A stretch of 64,000 bases of DNA from Carpediemonas membranifera BICM (Eukaryota; Protista; Fornicata), in contig JAHDYR010000005.1 in assembly GCA_019828565.1 (NCBI GenBank), positions 1,507,992 through 1,571,991 on the forward strand, in the 5' to 3' direction. The position numbers were made by a program, and so were the translations under genes. Below the pieces are notes generated by a model. The model searched no databases. It was given only the letters and a program-made list of their open reading frames with translations, and was not told where the DNA came from. Shown here piece after piece: positions 33,459-42,335 of this stretch. Within the stretch, counting starts at the first letter, position 1. Every line of letters begins with the position of its first letter.

Positions 33459-33532
33459 GATTCTTTGGTCTAGTCGGTTATGACGCCTGTTTGACAGACA
33501 GGAGATCCCCGGTTCGAGCCCGGGAAGAATCA
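33459..33532 (+). tRNA. tRNA-Val(GAC)
   Basis: Acceptor stem GATTCTT/AAGAATC plus discriminator A. D-arm TGGTCTAGTCGGTTATGAC, anticodon arm CCTGT-TTGACAG-ACAGG, T-arm CCCGG-TTCGAGC-CCGGG, followed by TTTT. Confidence 0.92.
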
Positions 33533-34058
33533 AATTTTAACTCCACAAAGTGTGGCTCTATAACAGAGAGCCCTCCTCTTAAATCCAACCAAAATGGGGG
33601 GGCGAGTATTTACTTCGGGTGGCTTCCCCGAGCTCTTATGACAGACCCGGGTAAATCCTCGTCTCGCGATCCGGTCAGGTCCGAAACGGCTCCGACACCT
33701 GCCGATGCGTTTCGAAGTGTGACCTAAAGTGCACATTGATCGGCGCGCGCAGGTGCCAGTGATGGTCCTGTGACAGGATCCACAAAGTGTGGCTCTATAA
33801 CAGAGAGCCCTCCTCTTAAATCCAACCAAAATGGGACAATCCCGCAAGACGTCCCTGTGGGACTAAAGCTTTGGGCCGGCGAGTCTATCTCGCCTCGACC
33901 AGAGTTAAGAATTAATGATGAATCCAGGCCGGCGAGTCCGTCTCGCCTCGGCCGTTCCCCCTCGAACGCGGATGTTTAATGGAGGGGGTGGTTAAAAGTG
34001 GGGCCCGAGAAGGCTGAGGTTCATCCTCCTGGTGAGGTCCTCGTTTGTTCTGATGGCG

Positions 34059-36665
34059 TCAGCGACATAGCTGCGGAGGGAGGTGACGTCCTTCCATGTG
34101 CCCATTGAGAGGATCACCTCCAGCGGGACTCCTGATAGAGCCATCTCCGACGCTGCCCCCCTTACGGAAGCTGTGGAGACCCGTCCGTGGACCGAACAAC
34201 GCCTTCACGACTCGTCGGAGGTGTGCGGCTGTGAGCGGTTTGTCTCTGCTCAGGCGCCCGTTGACTATGACTCGCCAGATGGGGGTGTCATCAGCCAGGT
34301 AGTGTGTGCCCTCGACCCAGCGTCTAAGTGCCAAGGCCGGGTTGAAGGCGGCTGATAGCCATACGTATGGTACGCGCTTCTTAACTCCCGTTAGGATGGT
34401 CTTGGTCCGCTGAATGTGTAGGAGAATGTCGCCGTTCTTGAGTAGCTCCAGGTCGGCCGGGCATAGGGAGAGTATCTCGATGCCTCTGGACACCGTCAGA
34501 TAGGCGACTGCCCCAAAGAGACATGCCTGATATGACTCAAAGTCGTCACTCCGGCGCCCCAGTGCCTCGATCATCTCAGCCTTGGTGATGGCGCGCGAGC
34601 CGCCGGTAGTTCCCGCCGTGCTGGCGCCCTTAGCCGCCTGCTTAACGATGTACTTGGAGTTGGCGGGCGGATGCCAGTCTTTGAGGAACTCCTGTAGCTG
34701 AACAATCCAGTAGCCCTTCCTCGCCACGTTCGATGGCCCGCAAAAGGAGCCTTCGTCCTTGAGGAAGGCTACAAGCTGGTCTCGATCCGACAGGCTGCGA
34801 TCGCGAGAGCCTTCGAACCTGGCCACCCAGCCGGCCACCGTCCGAGCAGACGCGTGATTAAGGTGAATCACTCTGTCCGACCTGAGGACTCTGTGGAAAA
34901 CGTCCTGAACGCCATCACATTGAACCGTAGGCGTCCTCTGTCCTGTAGGTGAAGTAGGTGGGCCAGATCTGAGCTCGAAGCCGGGACGGAGAGACGGAGT
35001 TTCCAGGACGTCCAACTCTTGAGGAGTCTCATCTCCGGCGCTTGAACCTCTGGGTAGAGGAGAAAGACTGCTGAGGTCCAAGACCTCGGGTGTCCAGTCT
35101 GAGTCTGAACTCTCGCTGTCGCTATCTTCTGGACTATGGCTGCCATAGACGAATTGGGGGCCCAGAGGACGCGACATCCAAGCCTTACGTCTACGTCCGT
35201 TGAGACTGTCTGGACTGGACCCCCACTCCGCGAGGACAGATTCCATGCTGGACTCCAGAGAGGAAGGGAGTCGTGAGAAGCCTCTGGACAGCCGATCTGC
35301 TGCCAGGTTGATGATGCCCGGAGTGTGTAGTCCACGGAGTGTCAGGTTCCGGTCCTCCGCCTCCTTCTGGATCTGGGCTAGAATGTGCAGGGCTTGAGGT
35401 GGAGCCTTCGTAGACCCCGCCTTGTTGAGCCAGGCCAGAGCTGATGTGTTGTCTGAGAAGATCGATAGCTCGCGTTGGGAACTCTGTCTGCCGATCAGAC
35501 GGATGCCCTGTAGGATTCCCGCGAGCTCCTTCACGTTGATAGATTCTGCTCTTAGTTCTGGAGTGAACGTGCCCGAGGCTGAGGTCCCATACTCGCCGTG
35601 CACGGCTGCTCCCCACTTGACTCCAGATGCGTCTGTCGATACGACGAGGTCTAAGGAGGGGTGAGCGCCCCAAAGCGACTGAAGTTCTCTGATGTCTCGG
35701 ACTGGGCGCTCTCTTAGCAGTAGCAGCCACTCTTGCAGTAGCTCCTTGGAGAGTGGGTCCTGTTGAAGGTGTCTCAGCCGGAGGAAAGCCCCGTGGGCGG
35801 TTGTAGCGAAGTAAGTCAGTCTCCCGAGGATCTTGGCCCAAGTCTCCTGATCGATGGTCTTGCCTGCCAGAGCCTGATGAATGTGAGAGGAGTAACGTTT
35901 GGCCTTGTCCGCCGGGAGGCGTATTGTAAAACTCGCGGAGTCTATCACGAGCCCCAGATAGACCAATGACTGAGTCGGTGCCCATTCTGACTTCTCCTCT
36001 GAGGTGAGGACACAGAGGTCGGCTAGAGTCCGCCTGATGCGCGGCACCGCCCTCCTCAGGATTTCTCGGTCGCGGTGAAATAAGAGGAAGTCGTCGAGGT
36101 AGACAACGATGGTAAGACCCGTCCGAAGGGCTAGTATCTTGGCGAGTTGGTTGGTGATCGTCTGAAACACGAACGGCAATGCGCGCCAGCCGAAGCCTAG
36201 CACTCTGTACTGAAACGCTCGTCCGTCTGGAAGATAGACTCCTAGCAGCTTGCGGTCCTCCTTCCGTACTGGTACTTGATGGTACCCGGACTTGAGGTCG
36301 AACTTGACCATCCAGTCGCCCCTCTGGAGAAGGGAGAGAGCTCTGCGCAGACCGTAGAGCCGGAAGGATGAGCGCTCTGCCGAGCAGTCGTTCAGTATCG
36401 TGAGGTTGTGAATGATCCTCTTCGACTCGCCCTTCGGCACAGTAAACAGCGAGGCGGTGTGTCGCAGGGAAGAGGGATTCACTTGCTCTATGACGCCTGT
36501 CTCTATCAAGGAAGGAATCTGCTGGACAATGAATGGGTCGACTGTCGGCTGTTGCCTTGGTGCTGGTGGTTGACTTCTCAGACGGATCTCGACCCCGTAT
36601 CGTAACCAGTTGATCACCCGTTGTGATGCTCCCAACCTCTGCCACTCCCTCCACGCCGCGTTCAT
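34059..36665 (-). CDS. RT-RNase H-tyrosine recombinase ORF (element 2); C-terminus frameshifted at the G-run after HSFRKG
   Basis: DLKSGYHQ, YLDD, TDAS, SDN, VSRGIE, RTKT, HSFRKG. An MT-like segment lies in the alternative frame 34868-35335. Confidence 0.9.
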   Translation of the reverse strand: MNAAWREWQRLGASQRVINWLRYGVEIRLRSQPPAPRQQPTVDPFIVQQIPSLIETGVIEQVNPSSLRHTASLFTVPKGESKRIIHNLTILNDCSAERSSFRLYGLRRALSLLQRGDWMVKFDLKSGYHQVPVRKEDRKLLGVYLPDGRAFQYRVLGFGWRALPFVFQTITNQLAKILALRTGLTIVVYLDDFLLFHRDREILRRAVPRIRRTLADLCVLTSEEKSEWAPTQSLVYLGLVIDSASFTIRLPADKAKRYSSHIHQALAGKTIDQETWAKILGRLTYFATTAHGAFLRLRHLQQDPLSKELLQEWLLLLRERPVRDIRELQSLWGAHPSLDLVVSTDASGVKWGAAVHGEYGTSASGTFTPELRAESINVKELAGILQGIRLIGRQSSQRELSIFSDNTSALAWLNKAGSTKAPPQALHILAQIQKEAEDRNLTLRGLHTPGIINLAADRLSRGFSRLPSSLESSMESVLAEWGSSPDSLNGRRRKAWMSRPLGPQFVYGSHSPEDSDSESSDSDWTPEVLDLSSLSPLPRGSSAGDETPQELDVLETPSLRPGFELRSGPPTSPTGQRTPTVQCDGVQDVFHRVLRSDRVIHLNHASARTVAGWVARFEGSRDRSLSDRDQLVAFLKDEGSFCGPSNVARKGYWIVQLQEFLKDWHPPANSKYIVKQAAKGASTAGTTGGSRAITKAEMIEALGRRSDDFESYQACLFGAVAYLTVSRGIEILSLCPADLELLKNGDILLHIQRTKTILTGVKKRVPYVWLSAAFNPALALRRWVEGTHYLADDTPIWRVIVNGRLSRDKPLTAAHLRRVVKALFGPRTGLHSFRKGGSVGDGSIRSPAGGDPLNGHMEGRHLPPQLCR

Positions 36666-36679
36666 GCATGGAAAGAGGG

Positions 36680-37162
36680 TTAGGTGTGGGCTCTCTTGCC
36701 GGAGGATCCTGTCTGAGTGCGACCTCGGTCCTGAGCGCGGCCACCGCGGCGAAAATTAGCGTCGCGCTTATCGCCCTTAGACTTGGCGCGGGCCGCCAGT
36801 TCCAGGACCTCGTCGCGATCAGGCACGCCCTTCGCCTTGCAATAGTTCTCGAACCGCTCTGCAGTAGCGTCAGTGTACACGTCCTTGATTAGAAGGTACT
36901 GGATTCTTGCAAAGAGAATGTTCCCGATCTCCTTCATCTTTGCGCCGTTCTCGATCCTATTCATGGTCTTGTATACGAATCTGGCCTCATCTTCGAGGCC
37001 GAACCTCTTTGGCATCTCCAGGAACAGTGGACGGCGAGCTGCTTCTGCTTGCTGCTCCAAAATTGCTTCCGATTGTATCTTAACCAAGCGCTCCAGCTTC
37101 TCGATACGCTTGTTAAGCTCATCGGGACTGTCTTGCGGCGGCAGGTCTTCGTTATCAGACAT
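36680..37162 (-). CDS. gag-like protein (element 2), 160 aa
   Basis: The ATG directly follows repeat A1. Homologous to element 1 gag, with a basic RG-rich C-terminus. Confidence 0.75.
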   Translation of the reverse strand: MSDNEDLPPQDSPDELNKRIEKLERLVKIQSEAILEQQAEAARRPLFLEMPKRFGLEDEARFVYKTMNRIENGAKMKEIGNILFARIQYLLIKDVYTDATAERFENYCKAKGVPDRDEVLELAARAKSKGDKRDANFRRGGRAQDRGRTQTGSSGKRAHT

Positions 37163-37243
37163 CCTGCCGATGCGTTTCGAAGTGTGACCTAAAGTGCACA
37201 TTGATCGGCGCGCGCAGGTGCCAGTGATGGTCCTGTGACAGGA

Positions 37244-39127
37244 GACTCGCGGGCCGCTAGACTAGGCTAGCCACCTAACTCATACTCCCAAAGGGGGGGG
37301 TAAAGGATTTATTCTTCTCGGGCTCCTTTAGGCCCGATGTGCCTTCGGGCATTCGAAATTCTGATGCCATAAACTGCACGTTTCCGTGCGCCCTCTCGGG
37401 CGTCTCAGCACCCCGGGTGCCAATGGGCTCGAGTGGTACTCACCTGACCCTCTACACTCTGTAGATCCAACGGGGGAAAGAATATTTACGCAAGAAACCC
37501 CTGTTTCGCCGCGTCAATATTCGAAGACTTACGCGCCTTCGGCTCCTAAGTAAGTCTTGGGTTTCCCTCGCGTACCGACGAGGGACGCTCTCCCGAGCGC
37601 GTTCTTACAGCCACCGGCTGCGAATCGTTCGTCATCTGGCCGCATAAACTGCGCCGACCAATCTTGACCAATGACGCGGGCATCCGGCGATTGCCGGCCT
37701 CGCCCACGTCCCGTCGCCCTTGCGACAATGAGCTGGGGTACTACCCGCCCGACTCGCGGGCCACCTGACCCTCTACACTCTGTAGATCCAACGGGGTTGT
37801 CCCGCCGGCCGAGGAGATATCATTAACTCCTAGCTGTCACCTCCCGTGAGGTCGCAACAGCCTGCACCTTAAACATCCCATCGAATGTTTACAGTGGCTT
37901 GCCCAAAAGAGACCTGGCGATGTCTCTCTGGACCGCGGGGTGCTGGTGTACGCCAGCAGGCTCTTCGCGGAGCGCCAGTTCCCCAGTGCCATCAGCACGT
38001 GCTCAGGAGTGCCGGCGACGGCGAGCTCGGTCACCGCGCCCTTTCTGAAGCTGTGCCAAGTGACGGAGTCGCCGAACACTGCTGCGATCCAGCGCCTCAT
38101 TGCGCCTTCTGACAGCCCTCTGTCTTGCTGATCGTGTCTCCGTTGACCTTCCTCCATAGTGAATCCGTGTCGCGCTTCGTGGCCAAGTTGACCCAAAGCT
38201 GGAGCGCCTTCGCGATGTTGAATGAGTCAAAGGTGGCGTTGACCACGAGCTTCTTCACCGCTGTGGTAGTCTTGGTGCGTGCCATGAACAGCGTCGCGTC
38301 GCCCTCTGGGCTGAACGTCACGTCTCCCCTCGTCAGTGTGAAGATTTCCTTGCCGCGGCTGACAGTTTGGAAGCAGAGTGCGGCGAACAAGACCGCCTGG
38401 AACGTCTTCGGATCTTGTTTCCAACGTCGGAAACCCGACCGGATTATGTCGCTCGTCGCCGGTCGAGCCCCGCCAGTCAGTCTGGTGGTGGATGCTACGT
38501 TGCGGACTGATCGGATGATCTCGCTGCTGTCCTGCGGGGGGGTCCAGTCGCAGATCAGTGGGGCCGCTTTGCAAATCCAGTGTCCCTTCTTACCGATCGT
38601 GTCGGGCCCCGAGGTCTTGGCTTCGCTCATGAGGTGCTGCCTGAGCTGCGCCGCGTGTGATAGCGTGGTGTCTCTCGACGCGTTGAACTTGACGAGGTAG
38701 CCCGCGACTGCCCTGCGTGACGCCTCTAGGCTCAGATGTGAGAGCCTGTCGTGGTGGAGGAGGAACTCGAAGTCCTGATGATCATCGCGATGAGCCTTAT
38801 CCTGCCCCGCTCGGCCAGCCGCGACAGCTCGGAGTCCGACAGAAGATCTTGGTTCACTCTGAAGTACATCTTGGGAACTGATGAGAGGGCTAGCAAGCGG
38901 CGGAGTTCTGGTGACGGGATGTCCGGAGTCACTATTATCGCAGCTGACCTCCACGTCTGAGGGGATCCAGTCTGGGTCGGCGACCGAATCGTCCGAATAT
39001 GCAGATATGTCGCTGGAATCATCGCTACTGGAGGAGCTGCGAAGACTCTCATCCCCGTCCAGTCCCGAGACAGGCCGTGTTCTGCGAGAGTCCATCCGTG
39101 CTGAGCGAATCCCGGGCAGTCCGCCAT
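37244..39127 (-). mobile_element. 5'-truncated YR retrotransposon, element 3 (paralog of element 1)
   Basis: YR in 37837-39095 (frameshifted) and MT tail in 38732-39127. B1 37747-37796; B2 is split into 37244-37255 plus 37441-37475. RT and gag are missing. Confidence 0.85.
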
Positions 39128-40617
39128 CGAATTCAGCTAAGTCGAAAGACTATGTTCGGGGATGGATAAAAGGCCAACGGCCTGTCCCAGTAAACTGGTA
39201 CAGCGCCCCCATCAGCTCAGAAGGAGCGGCCTCAGCTTCCTGTCCGCCAAACTCAAAGGTGCATTCATGGATCTCCGCCGGGCGCGAGTGGGAGCTCCAC
39301 GCCCAACACAGAGACACTATAAGAGGATAATGAACAGAGATTTAACAGAGAAAGCAGGGAAACCCACAGAGAACACCGAGAAGCCGCGACCACTTTTGGT
39401 TTTTGGCATGTTCACGGTGAAGGAGGAGTGATCAAGCAGAGGCACAGAGACCAAAGATAGCCCTCATGTAGGCACTACCTGGAGTGAAGTCAGTCCTAAA
39501 ATCCCGAGACCACCCAGCGAGAAAATCAGCGTGCATTTTTGGACAGTGCGCCATTTCGCCGTAACGCAGTTTACGGCCGAACCAGAGAAAAGAAGAAAAC
39601 TGAGACCCCTACACAGTTGCAGGAGCCGCACAAGGCCACGCTGACCGATTTTCAGGACGATACATTAGCCAACTTTTTTCATGCAGGCGAAAATGGCAAC
39701 GAAGAATCGCAGCAAAAGTATCAGAGAATTACAGAGAAACAAACAGTGACCGCAGATAACGAACATATTTATAGTAAGCAACCATATGACCAACATAGAC
39801 CATCCGGGAAGCTTTCAGAGACAGTGCATCGACGAACATCCTGAGACCAAATGCAGATATGCCTCAAAGGTATGCAGAGACCAAAGCAAACAGCAACATA
39901 CAAATACTAACAGCACCTCCAGCAGATTCAGCAGCGTGCATGGACCACAGCGGCCACACTAGACCGACAGTTTTGCCTTTCAGAGGCTGAGACCAGACAA
40001 CAACAGCACATCAAGAGCAGAGACCGAGCAGAGATCAGAGAATACCAGGGGCAGGTGAGGGTGGCCGGGCAGTCCACGGATGAGAAGGCCCCCCCCTGCC
40101 GCCGCCGACACACCCCAGTCAGTAGGCGGTACCTGGGGCAGTGGCATGACAGTAGCGACGAACGTGGAATGGCCATCGAGCAGGTTGCTCTCTCAAGTCT
40201 CGCAGTAAACGCAAGACTGGAACAGGAGGGAGTAAAGTAACGTATTGCAGAGTTTCAGAGACAGTCTTTATTTTTCTTTTAACAAGCCCTGGCTCCCACC
40301 CAGGGCCTGGCATTAGCCTACGGGCACTGCCAGTGGGCTGTGGCGGCAGCCAAAGGGGGGGTCACGCCACTGCGCCCCCTCCTAAGTATCCATGCCTGAG
40401 GGCGAATCGGTCACCAAGAAGCACGGAGGCTGGCCCGCCAAGGGTTACCAAGACCGGCATCGAGGCCCCTTTGTCAGGGTCCTACCCATTGTTTACATAG
40501 TTGATATATTTATTATTGCCATATTTACCACAGCAGGGTCAAACCCTCTCTTCTTTGCTTTTACTAAAAGTTCTTCTAAGTCTTGACAGACCACAATACT
40601 AGTATTCCCCTTTCATC

Positions 40618-41658
40618 ATGACATTTAAGAACAAAGAAAAAGCGGTTCCCCCGCTATTCCGCGACCCTAAGGCGTTGCTTGATTTTTACCTTCACCTCCA
40701 AACGTACCGTTCCCTCGGCGGTAAGGCCGATATCTCCGAACTCGTCGATCCATCTATCGCTGACTATGTCTCGCAATGCATCGACGAGGCCGGTAACTCC
40801 GAAGACGATGATTACGTACCGTTACTGATGGCAACTACCGAGCGCCGCCGTCAAAAGCGCAACTTCAGCGATCTACGAATCCTCAAGCGCCTAGGCAGCG
40901 TACTGCGTCCCAGCAGATCCACCGCTCAGCTCGATCTTTTCCGTCTACGCGCCAAGACCTTCGACCCCGTCGAGGTCAATAACGTCAATCGGAAGTTCAA
41001 GGCGCTCCAGCTGTTAGTCAATCCAGATGTACCTGAGGATGTGCTCAAAGAGACGTACTGCAGATGCTTCCGCGTGCAAGGATCCAACACGATCATGTAC
41101 AAGGTCAAGGAGCTCGCAGAAGGCCTCGACATCCCCTCGATCATGCCGAAAGTCATGGCAATGTCACGCGACCTACAGGAGTCGCAAGAGATGGTGAACT
41201 CCTTCTCCCCCGCTGCTGCCCGTCCCAGAGCTCCACATGTTCACGAGCGCGAGCCACGCAGTGACCACCAAGATCCCTCGGAGCGCCACGACCGCCAAGG
41301 TTCGAAGCCCATAGTGAAGCCCAACCGTCAGAACAAGCCCAAGAAGCAGTACGTGTGCTACAACTGCGGTAAGCCCGGGCATCCGTCTTTCAAGTGCGCT
41401 GAGCCGAAGGCATTCTGCCCTAAGTGCCACAAGTCAAGGACACCTGGCCGATTACTGCCCTACCAAGAAGGGAGTAAATCAGCGTCGGTGTGTTCATTCT
41501 GTTTCGGATTCAAAATTCGTCGCGGCCCTGAATGCCCCGAAGGAGATTTCCCCGGGTGACCTCCCTGTAGTGAACGCTCGTCTCGGCAAGCGCAAAGCCA
41601 ATTCTTTACTCGACTCTGGTGCCAACTGTTCCACCATAAGCCCCAGACTAGTCGACGA
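40618..41658 (+). mobile_element. Ty3/gypsy remnant: gag with two CCHC knuckles and the start of an aspartic protease, cut by the DNA transposon TIR
   Basis: CYNCGKPGHPSFKC; CPKCHKSGHLADYC after a 1-nt correction; LLDSGANCSTIS ending at the TIR. Confidence 0.8.
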
Positions 41659-41707
41659 CATACTGTTAAAAACGGGGTTTCGATGCCTGAGGAAATCATG
41701 AGGAAGT
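41659..41707 (+). repeat. Left TIR CATACTGTTAAAAACGGGGTTTCGATGCCTGAGGAAATCATGAGGAAGT
   Basis: Exact reverse complement of 60163-60211. Confidence 0.95.
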
Positions 41708-42335
41708 CCGTTTTCACGAAAAAAAATGGTGAAAACATTAGATTCAGTGAAATCTTTTCACCATTTTCACAAGGCGCAAGAACACGAAAGAGATGGCACT
41801 GAACACCCCTGGATGTACAGGACATCACTGTACATGCTTTCCATGCATCTGTGAGCTTCTGCATTTTTCACACATTTTCACGAAATGCTTCTCTGCACTG
41901 AGACTACTGTTCGCCAAGAGAATCACTGAGGTTGTCGATAAATGCTATCCATAAGCTACTCCTGTCTTTATTTCCGCTGCTGCTTCCCTCGTAGCGACGC
42001 ACAGGTAGCTGTCGCAAAATGCACTTTAAGACCGTATTTCGCACAGCTACCTGTGCATGGTGTTCGAGCTCGATAGTGAGAAGCTGGAGCAACAGACTTC
42101 CTCACGTGGTAATAGTAGACGGTATCTGCACGAGTTTGGAGCTGACAAGCTGAAGGTCGTGATCAAGATTGATGAGCACTACGATATGGAGGTCCCCACC
42201 CTGCTAGCGCTCAAGGACAGTCCGCATGTCCTCCCCGTCGTCGATACAGGCTTTGTAGACCATGTCCCAGCCTTCATGACTCTGTGCCGGGGCGAAGAGA
42301 TTGGAACATTTACATAAACTGCGGACGTGGATGCC

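Larger units (their letters stand above)
33542..37243 (-). mobile_element. Complete YR retrotransposon with split direct repeats A1-ORFs-B1-A2-B2, element 2
   Basis: A1 37163-37243 = A2 33698-33778 (81 bp identical). B1 33779-33835 = B2 33542-33598 (57 bp identical). gag, RT/RH and YR lie between them. Confidence 0.95.

Noticed and set aside
33542-33835. Repeat-spacer-repeat pattern as CRISPR
   Set aside because: Two 57-bp copies explained as B1/B2 split direct repeats in a eukaryotic context; no cas genes.
35191-36744. 517-aa alternative-frame ORF over the RT of element 2 (and 30887-31837 in element 1)
   Set aside because: Low-complexity R/P/S product with no motifs. A long overlapping frame is plausible in DIRS elements but cannot be supported here.
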